Shown one piece after another: positions 1 to 13,693 of a DNA stretch of 64,000 nucleotides. Position numbers and translations under genes: made by a program. Every line of letters begins with the position of its first letter. Positions within the stretch are counted from its first letter, which is position 1. The DNA is taken from assembly GCA_951406725.2 (NCBI GenBank), contig OX597816.1:18290001-18354000 (forward strand). The letters are read 5' to 3'. The notes below the pieces were generated by a model. It searched no databases and had not been told where the DNA came from. It was given only the letters and a program-made list of their open reading frames with translations. This DNA comes from Octopus vulgaris. Lineage: Eukaryota.

Positions 1-460
1 AATCGTACGTTGTTAAATTTTGCTTTCAAAGAAACACATGGGGTGAACATTATAGAGACGATACGGGATAGAGTGCCACATCGTAAATCATAGAAATTTG
101 GAGTAAAATATATGGACATGAGCTCCTATACGGAAATCAATTGAGCAGAACAATATTTTCATAAAAATATATATCGAAGATATATATTCTCAAGAAATTA
201 GATTAATTCAAACATCAAGTTTAAACATCCAAATAATGTTTGGCTATCAATTTGCGAAAAACTCTGCATCTTACTTTCCGTTTTGATTGAATCACGTCAA
301 CTTTATAAATAAATCAAATAAACCCAAAACAGTGATTCAGAATTCGCTTTGAGACCATTGAACAATCAATAAATATATTTCAAATTTCGATTATATATTC
401 TACTGGAAACGTTATTCAAGTGCAAACACCGCATTGTTGGTAGAAATCTGCCGTTTATAT

Positions 461-461
<1 letters not shown>

Positions 462-505
<44 letters not shown>

Positions 506-544
506 TAATAATCAATAATAATAATAGTAATAATAATAATAGTA

Positions 545-581
<37 letters not shown>

Positions 582-658
582 TAAGATAATAATAATAATA
601 AAAATAACAATAATAATGATAATAATAATCCATAAAGATCTTAATAATAATAATAGTA

Positions 659-718
<60 letters not shown>

Positions 719-733
719 GTGACGATGATGATC

Positions 734-775
<42 letters not shown>

Positions 776-785
776 TAATAATAAC

Positions 786-834
<49 letters not shown>

Positions 835-1023
835 GTAATAATAATAATAGTAATAGTAATACTACTACTACTAATGATAATAATAGTAATCATAGTAATA
901 ATAATAATAGTAATACTACTACTACTACTACTACTAATAATAATATTAATAATAGTAATACTAATAGTAATAATAATAATATTAATAATAATGATAATAA
1001 TAATAATTATAATAGTATTGATA

Positions 1024-1108
<85 letters not shown>

Positions 1109-1117
1109 TGATGATAA
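462..1117. repeat. (AAT)n/(AGT)n trinucleotide microsatellite
   Basis: Long imperfect AAT run; explains the poly-I/N ORFs. Confidence 0.95.
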
Positions 1118-1632
1118 CTACTTGGCAAATGATATTTTGAATTAAACTCTAAAATATGAATTCCATGCAGCCTTAAACGTAACGCTACGATGTAAGGTTT
1201 TTCTTATCTTTTCATCAACATAACAACAGTTGGTGCCGTTATGGTTAAACATCTCTGGTGAGCCAAGGAACAGACTTTGTAAAGCAAAACAGAAAAGTTA
1301 TAGTAAATAAGCAACAAATGGCGTGCTCAACATAAATTATCTCAAGTGAAACAACTATTTTTTTTATATATATATACTTATTAAATCTTAAGTCTCGTAC
1401 TAAATAACTTAAATATTTATCTATGATCGCCTTTCATCTTCATCTTTTCATTTACCAGATGCTAGTAAACTCTGCAGTAAACCCCAAACTTTCGCACGCA
1501 CGCATATTCAAACACTTATAAATACACACACACACGCATAGAAGAACTCGCGATCATACGCATATACACACATTTATACACATAAATGCGAACAACTATC
1601 TGCCCGTCTTTCCCTTTCTGTATCCCTATCTT

Positions 1633-1706
<74 letters not shown>

Positions 1707-1800
1707 CATACATACATATACACATGTATTTATATATATGTATTATGTCTATTTGAATACATATATATATATGCGTGTATGCACACACATACACACACAC

Positions 1801-1834
<34 letters not shown>

Positions 1835-2392
1835 GTATGTATACATGTATATATTTAAACGCAGTTGCAGGTATAAGTGTGTGTCGATGTAAGAATATAT
1901 ATATATGTATATACACTTGTAAACATGTTATTTCTCGAAAAGTGGAAAAAAAATTATAATGAGAAAACATTTGAATAGTGAAAAATTTAATAATCCTCAG
2001 ATACAATTAAATTTTGAAATAAAATTTCAGTTGTTGATGTTTATAACGATTTACACAATACTTGTCTTTACGACCGCCGGCCAAATTAAACTGAATTCAT
2101 AAACTGACAAAAAAGCTATATAAAAACGAGATAAATCAAGAAAACAACAAAAAAGAAAGTAGACATAGATTATATCAAACGATGATTGAAACGTTTGATG
2201 TAAGTATCAGACGATATAGTTTTTTTATATTCTCGATTCTGTGCTGTTTTTGATTGTCATACGAGACAACAGTAACAGCATCAACATTAGCCTGGAAACA
2301 ACAATATCAACCAAAGTAGAAAACACCTATCGCTTAAATATATCAAAAGAAAATTTTTTTTGTACAAATATTTCTCGATTTGTTATAGAAAT

Positions 2393-3930
<1,538 letters not shown>

Positions 3931-4339
3931 ACAAACAGACGCTGTCTGACCAGCAGGCACGGACACATCTATTCACACCCGCATACTAACCTCCTGATAA
4001 CCCCAAAATCATTCATGCATAAAGGGGAAGTATACACCACATTGGCTACTTCTTCTGTTCTCTCAGTTCAGCCTTTCTGCTAATACTGACAGGTCAGTAA
4101 AAACATACTTAAAATATTCTGAGATGTACAAAAAATCCATTTTAATTTTTGCTGTCAAAACGCTGTATATATATACCAAAGATTGTATATATATACATGT
4201 AATGTGACAATTTGCGACAACCAATAATTAACGCAACCAATTCCCAATAATATATTTGTTTTATCCTTTTCTGCCAAATTTTCCCAAATAGTCTCATCAC
4301 ACTATTGAACTTCTCTGTTACCAAACACTATATTTATAC

Positions 4340-4571
4340 ATGTAATGTGACAATTATGTATAAAAAAACATTTTTGAATTCATAATATCCAATGTGACAA
4401 TTATGTAAAAAACTTTTTTGAATGCATAATATTCAATGTGACAATTATGTAAAAAACTTTTTTGAACCCATAATATCCAATGTGACAATTATGTAAAAAA
4501 CTTTTTGAATGCATAATATTCAATGTGACAATTATGTAAAAAACTTTTTTTGAACCCATATTATTCAATGT
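4340..4571. repeat. ~40-bp minisatellite, about 5-6 units
   Basis: Recurrent AATGTGACAATTATGTAAAAAACTTTTTGAA..CATAATAT units. Confidence 0.8.
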
Positions 4572-4702
4572 TTCCTTAAATGTAACTTTTGACAATCTTT
4601 TACCAAAGAGTGAAACCGGTTAAGTAAATAAACATCGTTTAAATTGCATTTTCAAACCTTTTTTCTTATATAATCCCACTCGTGCGATACCCCACAACTC
4701 AA

Positions 4703-4769
<67 letters not shown>

Positions 4770-4936
4770 ATAAAAAAGGAAATGAAGAAAATGGTGACAA
4801 AATAATTTAAGTATTTTAAGTAATTTAATTAGGTCAAAGTTATTTTTACCGGTCGCGCATTTGTTATGCCTATCAAAATTTTTTTAAGAGAGATAGAGTT
4901 CCTTTCTGATAGATTTTTCCTCTTACATATATATAT

Positions 4937-5262
4937 GTTAGTTAGTTAGTTAGTTAATTTGGCTCAAAAGCAAATAGCAAGGCCATGTAGGGGGACATGG
5001 AGTTAAGTACAGGGTGGTGTTCATGTAAAGAGTTCAGGGCACTTGAGGTCCAGGGAGGCTTTGAACAAAGCGGTCGTCGGCATCTTCACAATCTCGTCTG
5101 GCAGCTTGTTCCACAGATCCGCAACCTGGACGGAGAAAGCTCCTCTCCTTCGATTGAGATGAAATCGTCGCAGGTAGAGCTTTTCGGAATGACCCCGCAG
5201 TCGACGCTCCGGAGCAGGAGTGAAGAACAGCTCTTTCGAGAGGTTACACTTCCCGCTTATGA
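4937..5262 (-). mobile_element. 3' end of a CR1/L2-type LINE (RT C-terminal fragment) with (TAAC)n tail
   Basis: ORF 5021-5332(-) has LRGHSEKL...FSVQVADLWNKLP...FKASLD, typical of the CR1-group ORF2 C-terminus; GTTA repeats at 4937-4956. Confidence 0.8.
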
Positions 5263-5388
5263 TGATATATATATATATATATATATATATTGATAAAACG
5301 GTAAGATAACAAAAGAAAGAAAGAGACCTCAATATTATGTAAATAGAGGAAATTTATCTATACAATATGTTACATTACTCGGTAGTCA

Positions 5389-5451
5389 AGATAAAACTCT
5401 GAGTTTCAGATGCCGAAGTGGAAATCCACAACACCATCTCTTCGGTTATCT
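5389..5451 (-). ncRNA. Type I hammerhead ribozyme variant (inverted pLTR copy)
   Basis: Reverse complement of 6834-6896. Confidence 0.65.
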
Positions 5452-5868
5452 GGCTATTTGAAAACGTTATGAAAAAATACCGTTAAAAATGAAGGGAAAT
5501 TACTCTGTTATAACTCTGCTTTGCCTGCGTACTTATACATCGCTCGCATTTTTCGTCATAAAAATTATATAAAAATACATAAAAAAATATATAAAAATAT
5601 ATAAAAATATATAAAATCTTCTTGGGAAATAACACAGAAAGCATGTTCTATCCGTTTTCTTTAGGGGACCAAAAACGTAACAGAAATTTAGTCACATGTG
5701 GGCATGATCCGAAAATCTCTGTCCTTGTATTTAGACATGTGGTAGGGTCTAAGCTGCTTTTCCAGATAAGCCATCTCTCCATGTCGCATAAACCGCACCT
5801 TCCGCTGCCGTTAGTGTAGGGCTTACATCTGGCCAAAATCTTCCATTGTATATTTACCTATAGAGTAA

Positions 5869-6636
5869 GTTTATAATAAAGCTTTAAAAGATAGTGGTTT
5901 TAGCGAAAAAATAAAATATACACCTATCACCAGCCCAACAGTAAGGAAAAGCAATAATAGAAATAGGAAGGTCATCTGGTTTACGCCCCCTTACTCACCC
6001 GAGGTGGCCTTCAATATAGGTAAATATTTCCTAGCACTGATAGATAGACATTTTCCAGTTAACCATGCTTATAGGAAACTCTTCAATAGACACAATTTAA
6101 AAATTAGTTTTAGTTCAACTACCAATTTTAAAAACATAATCAATCATAACATACAAAAAACACAAGAAGAAAACAGCTGTTCATGCAGGAATAAAGAATT
6201 GTGCCCGCTAAATGGAGCTTGCATGTCCAAGACCATCATATATGAAGCTACCGTAAACTCTATAACCACTAAAGACACCGTTTCGACGAAGAAATACGTG
6301 GGCCTGACAGAGGGTAATTTCAAGGCCAGGTTCAATAACCACACTTTGAGCTTTAGGCACTGGAACAAAAGAAAAGCGACACAATTATCCAATCATATTT
6401 GGTCTTTAAGAGATAAAGGTGTCGATTATAACATACAATGGAAGATTTTGGCCAGATGTAAGCCCTACACTAACGGCAGCGGAAGGTGCGGTTTATGCGA
6501 CATGGAGAGATGGCTTATCTGGAAAAGCAGCTTAGACCCTACCACATGTCTAAATACAAGGACAGAGATTTTCGGATCATGCCCACATGCGACTAAATTT
6601 CTGTTACGTTTTTGGTCCCCTAAAGAAAACGGATAG
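5869..6636 (+). CDS. Penelope-like element C-terminal fragment: linker plus GIY-YIG endonuclease
   Basis: Open frame from 5869: YNKALKDSGF..WFTPPYS..CSCRNKELCPLNGAC..IIYEATV..KYVGLTEGNFKARFNNH..CGLC; RT core absent. Confidence 0.85.
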   Translation, partial: VYNKALKDSGFSEKIKYTPITSPTVRKSNNRNRKVIWFTPPYSPEVAFNIGKYFLALIDRHFPVNHAYRKLFNRHNLKISFSSTTNFKNIINHNIQKTQEENSCSCRNKELCPLNGACMSKTIIYEATVNSITTKDTVSTKKYVGLTEGNFKARFNNHTLSFRHWNKRKATQLSNHIWSLRDKGVDYNIQWKILARCKPYTNGSGRCGLCDMERWLIWKSSLDPTTCLNTRTEIFGSCPHATKFLLRFWSPKENG

Positions 6637-6833
6637 AACATGCTTTCTGTGTTATTTCCCAAGAAGATTTTATATATTTTTATATATTTTTATATATTTT
6701 TTTTATGTATTTTTATATAATTTTTATGACGAAAAATGCGAGCGATGTATAAGTACGCAGGCAAAGCAGAGTTATAACAGAGTAATTTCCCTTAATTTTT
6801 AACGGTATTTTTTCATAACGTTTTCAAATAGCC

Positions 6834-6896
6834 AGATAACCGAAGAGATGGTGTTGTGGATTTCCACTTCGGCATCTGAAACTCAGAGTTTTATCT
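6834..6896 (+). ncRNA. Type I hammerhead ribozyme variant in the Penelope pLTR
   Basis: AGATAA-CCGAAGA-GATG..CATC-T-GAAA-CTCAGAG-TT-TTATCT; stems I-III pair. Confidence 0.65.
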
Positions 6897-6965
6897 TGAC
6901 TACCGAGTAATGTAACATATTGTATATATATATATATATATATTTAGACATGTGGTAGGGTCTAA

Positions 6966-7425
6966 GCGGCTTATATTTATTTGCTGCCGATAAATTTGGC
7001 GCGAGTGCGATGATTTGAAAATTTTAGGTCAGATATTGCCGAGGCAGGGACGGAGATGCCTCGTGAAAATATCTGTTCCGTTCTGGCTATTTCTTACTGA
7101 GGAATCTAAGGGCCTATGGAAGATTGGCTTGATTTAATTTAATCAGGTTAGTTTACCATTAAACAGTAGATGAAACGGTGCATCGTATAAGAAATTACAG
7201 GGTAAATGTTTTTTAATTTTCTCCTGGTTTACGGAATTAATGTTATTTTGCGGTTGAAGCTTTGGCTGTTATTTCTAGTGGGTGAATGGCCTATTATTGC
7301 CGTTCCTTGATTGTGATGTTGAACTTATAAGTGGTCTATGACTATTTAATTTTTTCCCACTAGGCCGCTGGTGGCAAAAAAATTCTACAAAATTTTTTTT
7401 GCCACCCTATATTGATTAATTATAT
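6966..7425 (+). mobile_element. ~450-bp non-coding hammerhead-bearing repeat (probably Penelope pLTR-derived)
   Basis: Inverted near-identical copy at 14410-14864; flanked by (TA)n. Confidence 0.75.
7089..7195 (+). ncRNA. Type I hammerhead ribozyme
   Basis: ATTTCTTA-CTGAGGA-ATCTA..TAGAT-GAAA-CGGTGCATCG-TA-TAAGAAAT. Confidence 0.85.
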
Positions 7426-7492
7426 ATATATATATATATATGTACATTCACACATCCATAAGCGTTATATATTTAGAAGTGTGTATACTGTA

Positions 7493-7805
7493 TTATATCA
7501 CCGTGACCACCGTGACCGACCAGGCTATCAGATGTTGCTACACATCGCTGATCACAATGCACTTGGCATTGCTTTAGCCTTCAAATGATGCTACCCTGCT
7601 GATTAAGCGAGCAGGCCAACAGAAGAAAGAGAGAAAGTTGTGGCGAAAGAGTACAGTAGGGATCGCCACCACCCCCTGCCGGAGCCTCGTAGAGCTTTAG
7701 GTGTTTTCGCTCAATAAACACTCACAACGCCCGGTCTGGTAATCGAAACCGCGATCCTACAACTGCGAGTCCACTGCCTTAACCGCTAGGCCATTGCGCC
7801 TCCAC
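7493..7805 (-). mobile_element. tRNA-head SINE, family A (tail type 1)
   Basis: Head GTGGAGGCGCAATGGCCTAGCGGTTAAGGCAG..GTTTCGATT with A/B-box-like motifs. Confidence 0.8.
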
Positions 7806-8274
7806 ACTGTATTATATAAACTTCCTAATATTGCTAATCAATATCGTTGCATGATAGAAGTACATCTATTCATATGTATTACATAACATGTAGTCATATA
7901 AATGTTTTACTTCCAATAACAGTTTTCGATATTCCGAAAACGTTTTGCTTGAAGAAATTTCGCAGCAGAAATCTATCCACGCTTGGTATATCTTCATTTA
8001 GTAAAATAGGTGAAGAATATGCATTCACAAATATTGCAAAATATACAATTGATTCTAAGCATGTTTCTTTCCTTTTAGAACTAAGTATATTTAGGAACGT
8101 TTAATAGATATTTTGTAAAAATATTTGTACATATTGTTTATTACTGAACACGTTTCATACGTTAGTTTTCCATTCACATTAAATATCACGTTGAGAATCA
8201 GAAAACAAAAACAAAAGCCAAAAAAAAAACCCCGACAATAACGAACCGCTGCATGAAGGCATTATAATCAAAAA

Positions 8275-8275
8275 C

Positions 8276-8349
<74 letters not shown>

Positions 8350-8381
8350 TAATAATAACAATAATAATAATAACAATAATA

Positions 8382-8426
<45 letters not shown>

Positions 8427-8428
8427 GC

Positions 8429-8461
<33 letters not shown>

Positions 8462-8565
8462 TTAACTAAATATAATGGAACCAGTGGTAATAATGACAGC
8501 AGTAATTATAACAATATTGACAATAACATAAGCAATTATATTAACGAGAAAAATAACAACAACCG

Positions 8566-8596
<31 letters not shown>

Positions 8597-8626
8597 AATA
8601 ATAATGATAATGATGATAATAATAAC

Positions 8627-8674
<48 letters not shown>

Positions 8675-8801
8675 CATAATAATAATAACTATAATGATAA
8701 TGATGATAATAATAATAATAATGAGGATGAGGATGATGATGATAATAATAATAATAATGATAATAATAATGGTGATGGTGATGATGATAACAATACTATT
8801 A

Positions 8802-8851
<50 letters not shown>

Positions 8852-8915
8852 GCTAATTTTTACTACTACTACTAATAATAAAAATAATAATAATAATAAT
8901 ATTAATAATATTAAT
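8275..8915. repeat. (AAT)n/(ATG)n/(ACT)n microsatellites
   Basis: Direct inspection. Confidence 0.95.
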
Positions 8916-9373
8916 AGAATTAATCCGTTCCAGTAAACACGATGAAATTATTCAGTAAAGCTCTGACTGATTAATGCAGCCGAGTATGACGAAAGGAATA
9001 ACGAAGAAGATTCTCAAACGGAAATTTCTGCTGAATACGCCTTTTGCTATGAAAGCAATACGTTAGAACAAAGAAAGCTGTGAATATCATATCCTTCATT
9101 GAAATTCTGCCCAGGAATAAAATGTGAATGCCGTCGACTGATAGGGTTCCAAATTTCCTAAAAACATAAAATCTTATATCCCCTCCTATTCCCTATATCT
9201 CCTCACCCCTCTTTCTCGGTTTACGTTTCCTCGATATATATATTTATGTTTGGATGTATATAGTGTAGATGTAATTATATATACTCGTTTGACTTACTTG
9301 CATGCATCTATGAGATTTTATGTCTGTGCGAGGATATGTCGAGTCTTGTATATCATATATATATTTATGTATA

Positions 9374-9450
<77 letters not shown>

Positions 9451-9751
9451 TATATATATGCATATAACAATAAAGGGTGAAATTAATTAATTTGGAATAA
9501 TTATTAATTACACCAAGTAGATTTCGGCATGTAAAAGCCTCATTCGAGGAAAATTTAAGTAATACTAAGCAATTAAGGGTGTAGCAACGAATTGCCTCGC
9601 CACACACCGAATTTAGAAATAGCAGTCAAAGAGATATAGCTATTCCTTCTACTAAAAGGGAGATCTCAGTAAAAACACAGCACTTGAAAGGCAAACACAG
9701 ACAGGTAAGAAAGAATGAGATGACGGCAATCTATCATACAATTTTAAGTTA

Positions 9752-9843
9752 CCTACGGATGTACGTTTCGAAATCAAGTTTTAGGAAAGCATAAGAATTA
9801 GAAAATTCTACCTTACCCAAACTTCTTTTCTCATCGGCGTAGG
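9752..9843 (-). ncRNA. Type I hammerhead ribozyme variant
   Basis: Minus strand: CCTACG-CCGATGA-GAAA..TTTC-GAAA-CGTACA-TC-CGTAGG. Confidence 0.7.
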
Positions 9844-10100
9844 ATACTACAATTATTAATAATTGTATATTAAATTTTGAGATACTAGAAGGCATTATCT
9901 CAACTCAGTGTCAGAGCGAGCCAAAGCATTACCAGTACCACGAAATTCAAAGTGTGAATGAAAGTTTGTGTCACCAGCCCCCTTATATGTCTACACACAC
10001 AAACATATATATTCAAATTTACATTTATATATGTACTCATATACATACATATATACATATATATACATATATATATATACTCCCATACATACATATATAT

Positions 10101-10385
10101 CATCATCATCATCATCATCATCATTTAACGTCCACTTTCCATGCTAGCATGGGTTGGATGATTTGACTGTGGACAGATGGCTGCATCAGGCTACAATCTG
10201 ATCTGGCATAATTTCTACAGCTGGATGCCTTTCCTGACGCCAACCACTCCGAGAGTGTAGTGAGTGCTTTTACGTTCCACCGACATTAGGGCCAGTCAGG
10301 CGGTACTGGCAATGACCACACTCAAATGGTGTTTTTTACGTGCCACAGGGACGCTCGAATGGTGTTTTTTACGTCCACAGGCACG
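10101..10385 (-). mobile_element. SINE/LINE 3' fragment with (ATG)n tail (RTE-like)
   Basis: (CAT)n followed by TTAACGTCCACTTTCCATGCTAGCATGGGTTGGA and GCTGGATGCCTTTCCTGACGCC; family call is from recall. Confidence 0.55.
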
Positions 10386-10576
10386 GATATATACATATAT
10401 GTATCTATCTATCTATCTATATATATATATATATTTGAGTAGTTGAATGAATTATCTTATTATGGATAATTCGGTTAACCGATACCTGGGTAGCAAATTC
10501 ACGTCAGAAAAACACGGTTGAAGCTACATGCCTAGGGCACAGATCACGTGCTTTCGTGTGGAAATTTGTGTGTTTT

Positions 10577-10771
10577 TTTAAATACAAATAAATGAAAGAA
10601 TGGAGTTGAACGACGAATTAACAAAATTCCTTTATTTTCGACATATGTTTCGAAGGCTGTATATTCCTAATTTCGAAGGAATAAGGGGTGCATTATGCCG
10701 CCTTCTCATCAGGAAAAACAAGGAATTTTGTTAATTCGTCGTTCAACTCCTTTCTTTCATTTATTTGTATT

Positions 10772-10775
<4 letters not shown>
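10577..10775 (-). ncRNA. Type I hammerhead ribozyme inside a ~60-bp inverted repeat
   Basis: Minus core 10635-10717: TTTTC-CTGATGA-GAAGGC..GCCTTC-GAAA-CATATG-TC-GAAAA; arms 10577-10639 and 10713-10775. Confidence 0.88.
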
Positions 10776-10833
<58 letters not shown>

Positions 10834-10895
10834 GTGTGTGTGTGTGTGTGTTCGTACTCATTTTGCCCCGCTGCTTGGAATTTTATTTTAATTCT

Positions 10896-10977
10896 CTCGC
10901 AGGAAGGCCTAGTGGATTAGTGTTCTGTCTTTGCCTTCGAAACATGCTTGAGTCTACTAGCGACAGCTGATGACGGG
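10896..10977 (+). ncRNA. Non-circularly permuted hammerhead-like ribozyme
   Basis: GAAGGC/GCCTTC-GAAA, GTGT/ACAT, CTGTC/GACAG-CTGATGA, extra helix CTAGTGGA/TCTACTAG. Confidence 0.7.
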
Positions 10978-11172
10978 TTTTTTTCCTTGTGTAGCACGTA
11001 CTGTAACTGTTTTTTCGTTTTCTTGTTTTTTTGTTTTTTTTGTTTTTCCCGTTTCTACGTCTTATTGTGTTGTCCTGTAATCACGTATAATTATTTATAT
11101 ATGCATGTATATATACATGTAGATGTAGGTACGTACATATATGTTTGTATGTATGCATATATTTTTATTTAT

Positions 11173-11213
<41 letters not shown>

Positions 11214-11443
11214 GTATATATGCGCCAATACAAATAAATATATAAATATATATACTCAATGACTCATATAGGCTTATATACATTTGGATATAAGTATGCC
11301 TAAAAGTGTATTTATTTAGTTATCTTAATATGTATATATCAAACAATATATTTCTCTCGTTCTCTCTCTCTCTTTACATAACTCCCTCCTCTCTGTCTCT
11401 GTGTCTCTATTTCTGTCTCTGTCTGCCTCTCTGTCTCTCTCAC

Positions 11444-11485
<42 letters not shown>

Positions 11486-12038
11486 ATATATATGTGTATA
11501 TATATCTTCTTGAATGTATATGTACGTCGTTAATTCTTGGTCTGTTCTTCTAATGGGAATAGAGATAAAGAAAATAATGACGAAATTGAATTTATACCAA
11601 ACACATACATACACTCCGACCCCCAACACCCATATAACGTAGCAACTATTTGAAAACCGAAAAGGCTACATCTGATCCTCACTCACGCTGTCTCTAACAT
11701 TTTCTTTCATTTATAAATAAACCTATAAAAGTGTATGATAAATGAATTCCAGAGAATATTTGAAGTTCTAACACATTTTACGATACATCAATATCTCCAA
11801 TTAGGGGATTGTTTCCTTCCAAAATAAATATTTGATGAGCTTGCACCGGATTACGTCTGCAGTAATCGTATCCTTTAATGAGTATTCTTTCTGACAAACG
11901 ACCATAATGCTATTTTCACTCTGTATATATTGGATACGTCTAGAGAGATATTCAGGATATTTGACTCAGTCAGCTCATAGAACATACATAGAAATTATTG
12001 ATTTCCTACGTAGGCAAAATGCCACACGTTTGTTGGCA

Positions 12039-12107
<69 letters not shown>

Positions 12108-12504
12108 TAGATAGATAGATAGATATGTATATATATATATATATATAGACATATACACTTGCATAACTATATGTGTGTGTCGTGTGTATGTGTGTCTATA
12201 TATGTATATATATGCGTTTATACAGGCGCGTGGCTATGGTTGTTTGTGCTGCACTCATTGCACTCATGATCAAAAGATTATGGTTTCGATTCCCGGATAG
12301 GGCGATGCTTGTGTTTTTGATCCAAACACTTCATTTAGCTTTGTTAAGTTCACTCAGCTGGCAAAGAGCATTAACATACACACACACAAACTCTCACTCA
12401 CACACACACATGCACACTCACACATACATATATTAAAATCATTAATACAAACGGATAAATGGGTATGATAGTGAAACTGATATTATATCATTCTACGATA
12501 GGCA

Positions 12505-13497
12505 CAGGCCCTGAAACTTGGAGGTGAAGAATAGGCGATTCCTCTATTGTTTCACTGGTACTTAATTTATCGATCCCGAGAGAATGAAAGGCATATTCAA
12601 CCTCGGTTGAATTCAAACACAGGATGTGAACGCAGACGAAATACCTATTTCTTTACTACCCACAAGGGGATAAACACAGAGAGGACACACAGATTAAGTC
12701 GATTATATCGACTCCAGTGCGTAACTGGTACTTATTTAATCGACCCCGAAAGGATAACAGGCAAAGTCGACCTCGACGGAATTTGAACTCAGAACGTAGC
12801 GGCAGATAAAATACCTATTTCTTTACTACTCACAAGGGGCTAAACACAGCGAGGACAAACAAGGACAGATAAAGAGATTAAGTTAATTATATCGACCCCA
12901 GTGCGTAACTGGTACTTATTTAATCGAACCCCGAAAGGATAAAAGGCAAAGTCGACCTCGGCGGAATTTGAACTCAGAACGTAGCGGCAGATGAAATATC
13001 AATTTCTTTACTACTCACAAAGGGCTAAACACAGAGAGGATAAACAAGGACAGATAAAGGGATTAAGTTGATTATATTGACCTCAGTGCGTAACTGGTAT
13101 TTATTTAATCGACCCCCGAAAGGACGAAAGGCAAATTCGACCTCGGCGGAATTTGAACTCAGAACGTAGCGGCAGATGAGATACCTATTTCTTTACTACT
13201 CACAAGGGGCTAAACACAGAGAGGACAAACAAAGACAGACAAAGGGATTAAGTTGATTATATCGACCCCAGTGCGTAACTAGTACTTATTTAATCGACCC
13301 CCGAAAGGATAAAAGGCAAAGTCGACCTCAACGGAAGTTGAACTCAGAAAGTAGCGACAGATTAAATACTTATTCCTTTACTACTGACAAAGGGTTAAAC
13401 ACAGAGAGGAAAGACAAAGGGATTAAGTTGATTATATCGACCCCAGTGCGTAACTGGTACTTATTTAATCGACGCACAAAAGGATGAAAGCAAAGTG
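12505..13497 (-). repeat. Tandem array of ~185-bp SINE family C units (about 5.5 copies)
   Basis: Junction ATACCTATTTCTTTACT (or variant) recurs at ~12641, 12811, 12995, 13181, 13366. Confidence 0.9.
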
Positions 13498-13693
13498 AAA
13501 ATAAGTAAGACTGTCCATGACTAAGAGCTGTTTTGATTTTCATTTCTAGCAATACCTGTGCTGATTTGAATCGTTAGGCCCTTTATTGACGTTTGTACCT
13601 GTGCCATTTCGTTTATAACTTACTGATAGCCAGCTTAATGATTTATAAGTTTCACGCCAGTTTACCGAAGAAGCAAGTCCTATACGCTATATT

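Larger units (their letters stand above)
5359..6926 (+). mobile_element. 5'-truncated Penelope-like retroelement with inverted 5' copy of its 3' end (pseudo-LTR)
   Basis: 5359-5851 is the near-perfect reverse complement of 6433-6926; GIY-YIG ORF inside; (TA)n on both sides. Confidence 0.9.

Noticed and set aside
4605-4630. GAAACCGGTT palindromic stem III-like motif
   Set aside because: No upstream CUGANGA or stem II partner
9512-9552. Minus-strand CGAATGA-GGC..GCC-GAAA
   Set aside because: Core is degenerate and stems I and III do not pair
12505-13497. CRISPR-like regular array
   Set aside because: Units are whole SINE copies with no unique spacers; eukaryotic context
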